Assembly (NCBI RefSeq): GCF_006345805.1 | Contig: NC_043003.1 | Location: 115,134,001-115,198,000, forward strand | DNA: 64,000 nt | Direction: 5' to 3' | From: Octopus sinensis | Taxonomy: Eukaryota | Part shown: one piece after another, positions 1-12,666 of the stretch | Numbering within the stretch: position 1 is the first letter of the stretch | Layout of the letters: the number at the start of each line of letters is the position of its first letter | The notes under the pieces: model-generated | What the model saw: the letters and a program-made list of their open reading frames with translations, nothing else | Told to the model about the DNA's origin: nothing | The model's database searches: none | Translations under genes and position numbers: made by a program

Positions 1-1104
1 TTGATAATTCATGTTCAAAAGAGAACTTCTATTCTTGTAGACAAAAGATGAAAGCAATCGAAAATTATTTTATGGGCCGTAAATCTTCATCACCATCTCT
101 CTCTCTCCCTCTCCCTCTCCCTCTTTCCCTCTCTATCTTTCTCTCTCTTTCTCAAGTGCGCTGTTTCTCTCTTTCTCGTTCTGTGTCTCTCTCCCTCTTG
201 TCTCTTGCTCAATTTATCACCATTTTTCTCGCTCTTTCCTCCTTCGTTTACATTTTCTATTAATCGTTTTCTCCTTGGGAAGTTAAATATCAGTGAAGCT
301 CCAACTGATAGTCGAATGATGGCTTATCTTACTCCATCTAATTCAGTCTCTATCAAATTTGATCGAATTCGATCTCTTTTTAGAGGAATTTTTTCTTGTG
401 AAATTAATTTGCGATCATTTAACACACACTTCCTCAAACATACGATTACATGCTTATACAAGCGTTCACTTATATACGCACACATGCCTATCCGCTACAA
501 GCGAGCAGCCAGATACGCAAATGAGAGTGTTTACGCGTATAGATAATTGTGGCTTTCGTGTGAGTCTATGTGTATATTTATTTATTTATGCATATATGCA
601 TGCACACACGCTCATATTATTGTGGGTTTCATGAGATCTTCTGTGAATATCTGTGTGTGCTGTGTGTGTGTGTGTGTGTGTGTGTGTTGCGTATGTGTTC
701 ATAAATACAATGATACAAACACATGCATACACGTATGGACGTATATTTTCTTGCGCATTTATCTCAGTATGTTTGTATATTCATTCCTCTCCTTTAAAGT
801 AAGATGGAGTTTGTAGAATGAAGGTGCACTAAACCAACACATCACAATATCCGTTATCAACTTGCTTAAATGCATCATCGACATTATGCAAGTGCTGATG
901 TGACGCTAACTGCTATAAAAACAGAAGACGTTTAGTCACCTAAGAAAACCTTTATTCCAATATCATCGGATACATATATGCATAAAGGTGCAACGCAGTC
1001 TCCTCCAAGTGAACAGCGGTTCTTCTTCGCAACAATCTTGGGGCGTGTGTTTATATATATATATATATATATACGCGAGAAAGAAGCAACAAGAATGGAT
1101 AGGT

Positions 1105-1195
1105 TTTTAGTACAATCGTTTCATACAAGGACAGGCTTTATTAAAAGTTGCAAAAATTACAGCATATAAACGTGTCCCGTACTCATCAGCTAAAA
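1105..1195 (-). ncRNA. Type I hammerhead ribozyme motif (mirror copy)
   Basis: Reverse complement of the 1221-1311 motif; core and stems identical. Confidence 0.75.
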
Positions 1196-1220
1196 TACAT
1201 GTCTAGAGAACTCACATGTA

Positions 1221-1311
1221 TTTTAGCTGATGAGTACGGGACACGTTTATATGCTGCAATTTTTGCAACTTTTAATAAAGCCTGTCCTTGTATGAAACGA
1301 TTGTACTAAAA
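1221..1311 (+). ncRNA. Type I hammerhead ribozyme motif
   Basis: Stem I ttttag/ctaaaa; CTGATGA 1227-1233; stem II gtac-gggaca/tgtcct-t-gtat; GAAAC 1294-1298; stem III ac-gatt-gt; GUA site, predicted cut after A1305. Confidence 0.8.
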
Positions 1312-1458
1312 ACCTATCCATTCTTGTTGCTTCTTTCTCGCTTATAATCACCCCACATTACTGTATTGTTAAAACAGTATAGTTTTTTTTGGTGCATCTA
1401 AGTTAGGTACCATATTCAAGTAAATTCATTTAAATTAACTTGAATCTTTATTGCTTTT

Positions 1459-1503
<45 letters not shown>

Positions 1504-1618
1504 TTATGTATATATGTATATACATATATACATACACATATATATATATACATATACATACATATGTATACATATATACACACATATATACATATATATA
1601 TATATATATTATATATAT

Positions 1619-1652
<34 letters not shown>

Positions 1653-2101
1653 GGTATGTATATATATGTATGTATACATCTGTTTATATGTTTGTTGCAA
1701 GCGAACGTATGACTAAAATATATAAATATATTAATATTATTCCGCAGATATATATAATAAATTGATTCTAAGATGAGAATAGCTTTCAAGGCAAGGCAGC
1801 AAAGTTTTGAAGTTAAGATTACGTTTAAAATGTGATTGAACAATGCACATTTTTCTGAATAGATATAATGTTTACAGCAAGAAACCTCACACGATGATCG
1901 GCTACTTATTTCCGAAGTATATTAGAAGAAGGAGAACCCTATGTATTTAGTGAAATGCTATCGGTGAAAGTGAAGTCGATATCTATAATCTAGTTTGGAA
2001 ATAGCATACCGACTCAGCGTTGTGGATCTCAATACGTTTAAAGAACATAGCAAGTAGTAGCCAACAGTCATATGTTTCCTATATCATTGGATAAATACAG
2101 G

Positions 2102-2545
2102 GGATCTTTTCGGTTTGAACGGCAGTTTTTTCTAGCGTTGTCATATGAAATTGTCACCCATAATTATGACCCTAGTATCGATCTATTGCATTTCAAAATA
2201 TTTTAGGGTTAGAGTTAGTTAGGCTTAGTTAAGGTTAGGGTTAGGAGTTGGGGGAAGGGTATCTTTTTTTCTTCACTAACGTAAATAAACCCAATCTGCT
2301 TCTTAAACGAGGGACATATTCATACGGCACAGAATGTTGTTTACCTCAATGGACGTCATTGATTTGTTGAAATTGCAGAAACTGAAGAAAAAAAACAACA
2401 AATATCTTACAACCTATAGAATTTTCTCAATAAAGCCAAGAGAAAAAGATGTTTTATAAACACATTCTACCAGTATACGAAGTTTAAAATTTTTTTAGTT
2501 ACCTAGAAATTATGTTAAAAACTGCCGGTCAAACTGAAAAGATCC
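2102..2545 (+). mobile_element. MITE with ~28-bp TIRs (GGATCTTTTCGGTTTGAACGGCAGTTTTT), copy 1
   Basis: TIRs at both ends; 8-bp flanks aatacagg/aatccagg; homologous copies at 48226-48633 and 59692-60119. Confidence 0.85.
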
Positions 2546-2994
2546 AATCCAGGAATGGAAAACGTCATAGCTAAGTTATTACAACTTCGGCCATGATTGT
2601 TTTAGATTGCATACTTCCTGCTGAGTCATTCGCTATGTTAATTCGTCATTTTATTACATGGAGTCGCAAAGCCGCTTTAAGCAGTTTTTTAATTTCTGTC
2701 TCCATAACGGCGTTACGAGTATATTGTTAAATATTGCAGATATTCCTATAATAATAGAGAAAAGCATTGTTTACTTCGTACAGGAATCAATATAAAATGC
2801 ATATGTATGGAAGAAATATTGAAACTGGATTGTGGTACTCTGTTCCATTTGATTTTGAATAATAATCATGGAACTCCACAAAATTATTGTCCCTAAGATA
2901 AACAATTGAAACAACGAATGACAGGTATGCACGCATGCGTGTGTGAGAGACACAGAGACACTGTACACACACAAACACACACACACACATATAT

Positions 2995-3409
2995 ACTCTT
3001 TTTACTCTTTTTTTTTACTTGTTTCAGTCATTTCACTTCGGCCATGCTGGAGCACCGTCTTTAGTCGAGCAAATCGACCCCGGGACTTATTCTTTGTAAG
3101 CCCAGTACTTATTCTATCGGTCTCTTTTGCCGAACCGCTAGGTGACGGGGACGTAAACACACCAGCATCGGTTGTCAAGCAATGCTAGGGGGATAAACAC
3201 AGACACTCAAACACACACACACATACATATATATAAATATATACATATATACGACAGGCTTCTTTCAGTTTCCGTCTACCAAATCCTCTCACAAGGCTTT
3301 GGTCGGCCCGGGGCTATAGCAGAAGACACTTGCCCAAGATGCCGCGCAGTGGGACTGAACCCGGAACCATATGGCTGGTTAGCAAGCTACTTACCATACA
3401 GCCACTCCT
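2995..3409 (-). mobile_element. tRNA-derived SINE, family B (head + internal microsatellite + tail)
   Basis: Minus-strand head aggagtggctgt..ggtaag with B-box-like gggttcagtccc, central (TA/TG)n, tail ending gactgaaacaagtaaaa; four full copies in the window. Confidence 0.85.
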
Positions 3410-4239
3410 GATGCATTCTCTTTCATTCTCTATCGCTTTCCCTCTCAAAAACATAACCTTTGTTTAGCGTCACATGACTCCAAGTGATTAACAAATAATT
3501 TGTACTTTCTGAGTTCTTTCATTACAGGCATTATTTTCCTCTCCAGTATACTCGTGTTGCTCACAGATGTTACATCGACCAAGGAAGGTTGACAGTATCG
3601 TCCTCAGTGAAATTAGAACGTAGATAAAAGATACGTAACAAAATACATGCCAGATCTTTTGAGTGTCACTGTCTTCTTTACAAATTCATGGCTCTACCTT
3701 AGCGGATAATCTTGCAGGCAATGCAAATAACTTTACTGTCCGGATGTTATTGCAGTGACTAAGCATTTAGAACGATATTTATGATGGCGTTTTGGTTTTC
3801 GTTCTCCCTTTGCCATTCATTTTGGTTTTGTTTCTCTATGCTGCTGAAGACAAACTGATATCTAAAATGTCAACTAATGTTTTATTGTTTTTGTCTAATT
3901 GCGTTTTTTTTATGCGAGTTTGTCTTAAACCCAACTGTTTTTCAATTGTCTATCAATCATGTTCTTTTATGAGTGAGATATATTTTTAACATTTAACACT
4001 GGCAATAATTCATCGAGACCATTGTGTAGAACCTGGCACATTTACACTTTTTACGTTGATAAAAAAAAATAAATTTCCTCTCTTTTTTCCCTAGAAACAC
4101 ATATTCTTGCCCTCGATCCAAACCTATACGTGCATACATGCATGTATATATCTACATATGAATAAGCACATATATATATATATATATTATATATATATAT
4201 GTGTGTGTGTGTATTTATGTATGTATATAAATATATATA

Positions 4240-4288
<49 letters not shown>

Positions 4289-4297
4289 GTATATATA

Positions 4298-4418
<121 letters not shown>

Positions 4419-5630
4419 TGTATATGAATATGCATATGCAAAGAGTTTGGCAGGTTGATTGATAACCGTATCCCTGATATGTGTGAGCGGACTGTGTTTG
4501 TGTGCGCGTTTGAGTGAACAAAGCAGAAAGAAAAAACTCTGACTTCATTCCCTGAGCTACTCCGAGTATCTCAACAGAAGCATGTCATGTAGGATCTCAT
4601 AAATTACTTTAGTTAATTTTTGAATATTGTTTGCGTAGGAAACACGTTCACTGACGTCACTCTCGTTATGTCTCTCACGCCTTCTGTCTTGAATCAAAGT
4701 TATCTAAATCTAAGCAAGAAATGTGAAGAATTTTAAGGGAAAAACACATGTAAAAGCGAATATTATGCAAATAATCAGTTACACCAATCCACTGGATTTA
4801 CTGCTCTAACCACGTTCACAAAGGCACTCAAAGTCCTAGCCTCGAGATGTGACGACGCCTCCCCACTTTGCTTTCACTATTGTTAAAATATTGTTTACTT
4901 TTCTTCGTCAATATCTGATCATATTTCACCGCCATTGAAGTCTATCAACTCACTCGATTGTCTTCTTCTTCCCATTCCTCGAAGCGTACTGTACTTCGAG
5001 GTTTCATAAAGCAAACACCTTTATCCATCTACCCCATGTTTGACATACCCGGAACATAATTCGTATAATTTTTCCCTTAATTGCCACTTTACAACTGCTC
5101 CTCAAGTATTTCAGAAGCACAGGTCGCACGGGTTTTGAACGGTTTATCTAGGGCCAGCGACCTAAGATTTCTCGTATAATTGTTAATATACCATAAAATG
5201 CAAAATAGCTTTCCACGTTACTTCGACGTCCTCTGAAGCTACGATTTTAAAGTTTCTAAAAGTTCTTTGAAAAATTAATTACCGTCGGTATACAATGAAT
5301 AGGCTGGGACTACGGAGTCACGGTCTTCTATAGTTCAATGCCTAAACATGAGACTATGAAATATCATTTTCACTTGCTTCAAAACAAATAGTGTGGGTAT
5401 GAGGTTTCCTTGGATTTACATTGTCTATGTAGTACGGGATAACCAGGATTGATAAAACTTTACATTATAAGCCACATCAGTACAGTCTACCATTTTGAAA
5501 ACAACTTGAAATCGGCCGCTAATTTCGCTATTTTTCCTAACGTGACTTTTAGTATTCGGTGTACTTAGTAACATAGTACATATTTACCGTTTGGTTTCCA
5601 ACATAATCCTTTATGGAGTAAAGATTATAT

Positions 5631-5785
5631 GCCAACATAACATGGCAGTCCTGGTTTATAACGAATGTTGCTGTAATTTAGCCCCAGGAGACATCGTCTC
5701 CAGCTGGCTATACGACACGATCTGTGTCTTTATATTTTTGAACAAGGGAATTCGTTCTAAACCAGGACTGCCATGTTATGCTGGC
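5631..5785. mobile_element. Small foldback/MITE-like element, 36-bp inverted termini
   Basis: 5631-5666 vs 5750-5785 inverted, 2 mismatches; the 83-bp spacer has nested hairpins (tagcc/ggcta, ggagac/gtctcc, gacac/gtgtc). Confidence 0.65.
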
Positions 5786-5876
5786 AAATACTCTTTACTC
5801 CAATGTACTATTGCTGAATATCTCTCCTAGGGAGATTTACAAATAGTAATTTTGTAATCCCTTACCTTTATAGGCG

Positions 5877-6035
5877 AAGGCGTGTCTGTGTGGTAAGCAG
5901 TTTGATTTACGACCTCGTGGTACCGTGGTCAGTTTCAACGCATGGTACATTGGACATGTCATATTATAGCCTTGGGCTGACTAAAGGCTTATAAGTGGAT
6001 TTATTTGATAGAGACTAAAAGCTTGTCAGTTATAT
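5877..6035 (+). mobile_element. Degenerate family B SINE head
   Basis: gtgtggtaag...tatagccttgggctgactaaaggcttataagtggattt resembles the head of the full family B copies. Confidence 0.5.
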
Positions 6036-6473
6036 ATGTGTGTGTCTGTATATATACACATATATGTATGTATGTATAATTACGTATGCGAAGTCGCGTG
6101 GCCAGGTAAGTGTGCTGCCGTCATGATCTCGTTGCTTTCGAGAGCAAAACACTTCACGTTGATTTGCGGGTGGAAGGGTGGCAGGCTAATTGGTGGGTGG
6201 GCAGAAATGCTTGATGGTAGATCTTCTGGTTCTTCATATAGTAGGATCAAATTCCACGTGTTTGAAAAATGCAACGGGAATCTACTCCAGCACTCATTCC
6301 AGTTAACGGCGGCAAGGGGAGGTTCCAGACTTAGCCAGGATCGCCTTTACAGGACCATAGCTAGAATAAAGACTAAATTTGGTTAATACATTCATATATA
6401 TATATACATACGTAAATATATATATACAAACACATACATATGTATATATATATATATATATTTATCTATCTAC

Positions 6474-6582
<109 letters not shown>

Positions 6583-6589
6583 TTTATGT

Positions 6590-7006
6590 ATAACCAACCC
6601 CAACAGATTAAAGTTCTTATCCAAAAATTCCAAAATTAGAAACACCACTTACCAATGCAAAATCTCTTCTGGAACCGATGTCTACTTCTATATTGGCGCA
6701 GCCTCTTCTAAATTATCCCAAAGGATCACCAACCATTATTCCACTTTCAGAGATAAGAGAAAGCAACACAGCACGGGGCTAAGCAAATTAGTCTGGCGTC
6801 TGAAGAACAATAACACTACGTTCAAGCTCGAATGGTCCATTTTGTCGGTGTCCTTCCCGTTTGATAAAGGCAGAAAATTTTGTGGCATTTGTAATTCCGA
6901 ACTTTTTCATATTTTGTTTGCTAAAGGCCCTTTAATAAACACAATCGTCGAAAGATCCTACAGGTGTTTATACTGGAAAAGACACACCTTTCACTCATAT
7001 AAATAG
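6590..7006 (+). pseudogene. Penelope-like element GIY-YIG endonuclease C-terminal fragment (5'-truncated)
   Basis: Translation TTYQCKI..YFYIG..RITNHYSTF..TGLSKLVWRLK..LEWSIL..CGICNSE..LIN..RC matches the pattern of invertebrate PLE GIY-YIG ends; upstream part of the track ORF is microsatellite. Confidence 0.75.
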
Positions 7007-7559
7007 TGACTAATATAGATAACCCCTCGATTTCCAAAAAAATTTCGCTATATTTCCCCCCAATAGTCAAAAAGATTTTCTTATATTCCCAATAACTACT
7101 ATCCATTCTTGCGTTGCCTCTCACCTCGCCCGATTCTTTCTCCCTTTCGCTATCTACTTCCCTTTCTCTACAGTAAACATAATCGAACACACAGACACAG
7201 ACCTTCCACCTCACAGCTGTCAGTTTTCTGACATCTACCCATCCGCAAACACAATCACGCATTCAGACACACACATACGTACATTAAGACAGTTATATAC
7301 AGTCACACACACAGGCACTCATTCTCAAAAGAAATCATTTAAACCCACCATTCTTTTGACCTGCACTCTCTCACCTTACTATTCTTATGCCTCCCTCCTC
7401 CTACTTCGTTTGAACTCTTGAACCTTTAGAAACTTCTAGATTCCTCTACATTCATCCACTCTGACGTTACTCATTATAAAGAGACACTCATTATCGCCAT
7501 GGGCTCCTTGAGAGCGGTCAGCTAAAAGATTTTTTGTGCATTTTGATGTCGACATAAGT

Positions 7560-7656
7560 TCCTTGATTTTCCTGATGAGAAATCTGCATAATGTACTCCT
7601 TATTCCTTCGGAATTAGGAATATGCAGCCTTCGAAACATATGTCGAGAATAAAGGA
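7560..7656 (+). ncRNA. Type I hammerhead ribozyme in the 3' region (putative pLTR) of the PLE remnant
   Basis: Stem I tccttgattttc/gagaataaagga; CTGATGA 7572-7578; stem II gaa/ttc + ctgcata/tatgcag; GAAAC 7633-7637; palindromic stem III acatatgt; GUC, predicted cut after C7644. Confidence 0.85.
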
Positions 7657-7720
7657 TATTTGTTAACTAGGAGTTCAACTCCATTCTTTCATATAATTAT
7701 AATTTTAAAATATATATATA

Positions 7721-8300
7721 TAAACATGGATGCCTTTGTGTGTTACTGTCTGGGTATTTATGCCTCTCCCCTTATATGTTCATCTATATATTCGCATGTA
7801 TATATACAAGTGTGTGTGTGTGTGTGCTTGCGTGTGAGCGTGTGTTTGTGTGCCGGAGTATGTATTTCCCTGTGTATATAACTTGTATATTATCTGTTAT
7901 TGTAATTAATTTTCTCCTCTATATATTGGTGTTACTTTTGTTCTTTCTACTTCCATATAACAATGTTTACTAAAACCCCTAATTATTCTATTGTTATTCT
8001 TTTCACAGTTTGGTCAGATCTCCAATTGTATTGCTACTTTAGGTAAAACAGATCAAAGATAAATAGAATTCTGGGAAAATATATGAGGGCGTACGAAGAA
8101 ATGTAGAGAGATAATATAGATTCTCTTCCATTTTCCCATCACAGAATCTGCATTTTCAGGTAAAGAAGGAACACGTTTTTCCATAGAACATCGAAATCGA
8201 ATACAGCAACCACTCCAGATATTACTTAATTTTTAATACGTTCATATAACTCCATCGAAATCTGCAGATTTCAAGAGTGTAAGAGTGAAGAATTGATAAG
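7721..8300 (+). repeat. ~580-bp direct duplication, copy 1 (copy 2 at 14592-15186)
   Basis: Colinear alignment by eye, roughly 90% identical. Confidence 0.85.
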
Positions 8301-8451
8301 AATTGATATGGAACATATCCAGGTAAAGAAGGAACACATTTTTCGATCGTTCTTGGGAGGGGTTAACTAATTTTATTGACCCTAGTGCCAACCTATTTTA
8401 TGGATTGCGAAAGGAGGAATAATAAAGCCGACGTCAGACAAATATATCTCA

Positions 8452-8754
8452 CTAGCATTATCGCCCGGCGTTGCTCGGGTTTGTAAGGAAATAAGTATAT
8501 AAACATTTTTGAGAGTTACTTCCCTTATATAAACCGAGCAAAAAATACATTAGAAATGCGAAAAAAATGGTATTTTTTTTATAATCGTAGACTCATCTTA
8601 GACGCGCGCTAATACCCAGAAGTGCTCTATATGAATCACGACTATAAGATACCCGCTTTTGGTTAAACTGCACCGCAAAATGTGGGAGTAGCTAGGAATC
8701 TAAATCGGAGGAGACAGACTCTCACACACACAACTTCAGTTTTATTTATAAAGA
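8452..8754 (-). mobile_element. Non-autonomous Helitron
   Basis: Minus strand starts TC (after A) and ends CTAG (before T), with GC hairpin cccgagcaacgccggg about 8-10 nt before CTAG: canonical Helitron termini, no TSD. Confidence 0.8.
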
Positions 8755-9177
8755 TATACTTTACAGATCCTCATGGCATCGACGAATAGCAGGATGGGAT
8801 GGTCACTCTCCTTTTCTGAATGTACATTATAACTGCAAAGATATACGAGCTGTTAAACCAAAGGTATGGTATTACAATCGTAAATAACAAGGAGGGCGAT
8901 ATATTTGCCTACGAAAAATTAGAAACGTTTGCACAGTGTGTATGCGACTGGGTAAAATTCTTCCTGTATCACTAAGTCTATGGCTGATGAATCTTTATCT
9001 GTTTTATTCCAGCATTTAAAGGCGGAGAGCTTTTAAAGTAATATTCTGCTTTTATTTTAACCGCGGTTGATATTGGATTTATGCCAGTTACAATTCGAAT
9101 TAAATGCGACAGAAAACATATATACACTTATTCATCACTAGATGTCTCTGCTTACCACTAATATTGTTACATTATAA

Positions 9178-9389
9178 GTCGGCGAGCTGGCAGAAACGTT
9201 AGCACGCCAGGCAAAATGCTAGCCAGTATTTCGTCCCTGTTTACGTTCTGAGTTCAAATTCCGTCGAGGTCGACTTTGCCTTTAATCGTTTCAGGGTCGG
9301 TAAGTTAAGTACCAGTTGCGTACTGGGGTCGATATAATCAACTGGCTCCCTCCCCCAAAATTTCAGGCCCTGTGCCTAGAGAAGAAAAG
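9178..9389 (+). mobile_element. tRNA-derived SINE, family A, with TSD
   Basis: ggcgagctggcagaaacgttagc head, B-box gagttcaaattcc; 18-bp TSD aatattg(t/c)tacattataa at 9160-9177 and 9390-9407. Confidence 0.85.
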
Positions 9390-9689
9390 AATATTGCTAC
9401 ATTATAATCATTATAACAACTAGACTGCACTTCAGAGAGTGTCAATCCATAACATTTGTAATATAAAAATAGATATATACACGCTATTGACGCTGCGAAT
9501 ACTCACTGCGATCAAGTTAACTCGTATAAGCAAATATCGACGCACATACACAGATATACGTATACACACACGTGCACGCGCTCACACACACATAGATAAA
9601 CTACCTATCACTGCAACTCATTAACATTAACAGAATCACTACTAATAAATAACATTTTATATTTACATCAGCAAAATCTCAAGTATTAT

Positions 9690-9820
9690 CATCATCCTCA
9701 ACATTATCGTTTTTCTTTTTTACTATTCTCCTTATTGTCATCGTCCTCGCTATTGTCCCCCTCGTCACAATTATCGCTCCATCATCATCGTTATCATCAT
9801 CGTCGTCGTCGTCGTCGTCG

Positions 9821-9855
<35 letters not shown>

Positions 9856-9908
9856 GTCAATCATCATAGTCATCATCATCGTCATCATCATCGTCGTTGT
9901 CGTCGCTG

Positions 9909-9955
<47 letters not shown>

Positions 9956-10000
9956 GTCGCCGTCGTCATCATATTACCCTCTTTTCCTTTTCGTCATCAT
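9690..10000. repeat. (CAT/CGT)n microsatellite
   Basis: Direct reading. Confidence 0.9.
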
Positions 10001-10706
10001 CACCAAATATATAATCACTTTCATGTCCATCAGCCTTACATTTACTATCATATTCACATCACCTCCATCAACGTCATCATTTTTTTTTTCATTGAATTCA
10101 GAATAATGATAATTAATTACCTGAATATCGTCCAATTAATGGACGTCAGCATTCTGTTAGTCATCACCAACATCAAGCTCCACCTACGTAACGCCGTCAT
10201 CAAAAATAATCCCGACTTTTAATTGAAAACGCGGAATCGCAATATGTCACAGAATGATTCCTACCGATTCCCACATGAGCAAACAAAAAGTTAATCTCGG
10301 ATCAGCAAAGCTTTTATTTGATATAAGACAAATACCAGCACAGTGCTAGAGAAATCTGTGCGTTTTGCCATGGCTGCTTATTCATGGTTGAGTTCGGAGT
10401 AAACAGTAACAACATTACCAAATACAGCATCGATACATCAATGTACTTGAAGAATATATCAGCTGCAGTTTATGAAGAACTGTGCGCCGTATTTAGGACC
10501 GACGATAAGTGTCAAAACATGTAATACACCCACCTATTCCTTTTAGGACCATTGAGGTGTGCTCTCCATCAAAATCCGGAACTGAACAAGGACTTGAAAT
10601 AATATTCTGTCTGCTGCACCCCACCCCCATATCATCGCGAATTGGGTTATTCTAAACAAAAATATCTACAGTTCTATATTTAAGAGATGAGAAATTATGT
10701 ACATTA

Positions 10707-10809
10707 TTTACATTATTTACATTTGACGGATATTTGTCCTCATCTTGTTTGTTGTTAACACAACGTTTTGGCTGATGTACTCTCCAACCTTCATTAGGTA
10801 TCTTGGGGA

Positions 10810-10855
<46 letters not shown>

Positions 10856-10998
10856 GCATTGGAAAATACCTTAGGAATGAAAACCCGGGTTCGAAATTTC
10901 CCCAAGACACCTGATGGTGGCTGGAAGGTATATCAGCCGAAACATTGTGCTAACAAACAAGATGAGGACAAATATCCGCCAAATTTAAATAATGTAAA
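10707..10998. mobile_element. Diverged head-to-head inverted repeat with decayed minimal hammerhead motif in each arm
   Basis: Arms 10707-10812 and 10896-10998; two-arm consensus gacac CTGATGA a ggctg..cagcc GAAAC GT T gtgtt; each arm has core mutations; spacer contains (AAT)n. Confidence 0.6.
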
Positions 10999-11627
10999 AA
11001 TTTTCTACATTTAATATATTTGTATCTAGTGTATCTGCGGTAATAAATTTTGTGTTGAGTAGCTTTCCTGTTAGCGATTGCAAAGAGTTGGTTTATTTGA
11101 GCATAGAAGAATTATGCAAAACGAAACTAATTTCATAAAACAAAACCTAATGGGAACTACGCCATGAATTGCTTCCTTAATAATTCAGATTAACATGGGA
11201 ACCTTTAGATTATCTACCAGCCTAACAGATATATCAACCAGGCCAGCTATTCCTTAATATTCCAACCAAAACAGTATGTAATCTGGTATTAAATGCATAA
11301 GGTCCGTAATAAAAGAAAACATTGGAAGTTTTACGTTTTGAGCTTACCCGGTCTAAACTGAACCAGATTTACTAACAACGGGATTTCAACCCTATAATAA
11401 CCCACTCCCGCAACAATGAATGATGTTTGATGCATAATTTAGTATACCCGGTAATTCTACAATTATATTTTCTTGTAGTGGGAAGGTTAAACTTGAAGCC
11501 AGTAAATTCTATTTCATTTCCAGAGTTTAAATACTTTTCCTTCATCCACTTTTGGTGCTGTCAATCCTACATCGCTACTTTTAGTACTGCTTCACCATCG
11601 ACGACGTGTCCGTCGTAAAGAGGACAT

Positions 11628-12043
11628 TTTACTTTTTTTTAAACTTTTTATTTGTTTCAGTCATGTGACTGTGGCCATGGTGGAGCACTGCCTTTAGTCG
11701 AGCAAATCGACCCCAGGACTTATTCTTTGTAAGCCTAGTACTTATTTTATCGGTCTCTTTTGCCGAACCGCTAAGTTGCGTGGACATAAACACACCAGCA
11801 TCGGTTGTCAAGTGATGTTGGGGGAACAAACGCAGACGCACAAACATATACACACACATACATACGTACATATATATACATATATACAACGGACTTCTTT
11901 CAGTTTCCGTCTACTAAATCTACTCACAAGGCTTTGGTCGGCCTGAGGCTATATTAGAAGACACTTGCCCAAGGTGCCATGCAGTGGAACTGAACCCGGG
12001 ACCATGTATTGGTTAACAAGCTACTTACCAAACAGCCACTCCT
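11628..12043 (-). mobile_element. SINE family B
   Basis: Same head/microsatellite/tail layout as 2995-3409. Confidence 0.85.
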
Positions 12044-12281
12044 ACGGCTCCTACGTAGAAGATGCATAATTGAGTAGTATGCTCCTCTCGGAACAATTTT
12101 AAAGAGGAGAATCGCTGTGAATAATTCTATTTACTGTTATGATTTTCTAATTATCTGTGGCAAAATAAGTTGCTTTCTCTTTACATGTAGACATCGAATG
12201 CACGTCTAACATTTAAACTCCATAAGCATTACTCGGGTGAGCTGCATCACATTTCATTAAACGGATGTAACTTTCTAGTTA

Positions 12282-12666
12282 TTGGAAGCACTCCGTCGGT
12301 TACGACGATGAGGGTTCCGGTTGATCCGAATCAACGGAACAGCCTGCTCGTGAAATTAACGTGTAAGTGGCTGAGCACTCCACAGACACGTGCACCCTTA
12401 ACGTAGTTCTCGGGGATATTCAGCGTGACACAGAGAGTGACAAGGCCGGCCCCTTGAAATACAGGTACAACAGAAACAGGAAGTAAGAGTGAGAGAAAGT
12501 TGTGGTGAAAGAGTACAGCAGAGATCACCACCACCCCCTGCCGGAGCCTCGTGGAGCTTTTAGGTGTTTTCGTTCAATAAACACTCACAACGCCCGGTCT
12601 GGGAATCGAAACCGCGATCCTATGAACGCGAGTCCGCTGCCCTAACCACTGGGCCATTGCGCCTCC
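12282..12666 (-). mobile_element. tRNA-derived SINE, family C
   Basis: Head ggaggcgcaatggcccagtggttaggg (A box) and ggtttcgattccc (B box); ~190-bp tail shared with 61467-61652. Confidence 0.85.

Larger units (their letters stand above)
1075..1341. mobile_element. Head-to-head palindrome (128-bp arms, 11-bp spacer) carrying a hammerhead ribozyme in each arm; probable PLE-derived non-autonomous element
   Basis: 1075-1202 is the reverse complement of 1214-1341 with one mismatch; spacer ctagagaactc; left flank is a (TA)n run. Confidence 0.8.

Noticed and set aside
2200-2250. TTAGGG-like repeats (also ~59790-59815)
   Set aside because: Short, degenerate and internal to the GGATC MITE; not telomeric arrays.
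4545-4596. Possible decayed hammerhead (ctgag...gaagcatgtcatgta)
   Set aside because: Core needs several changes and stem I is only 3 bp; cannot be supported from one copy.
12600-12666. tRNA-like sequences (also 34358-34420, 61334-61400)
   Set aside because: SINE heads with A/B boxes but no complete cloverleaf; not tRNA genes.
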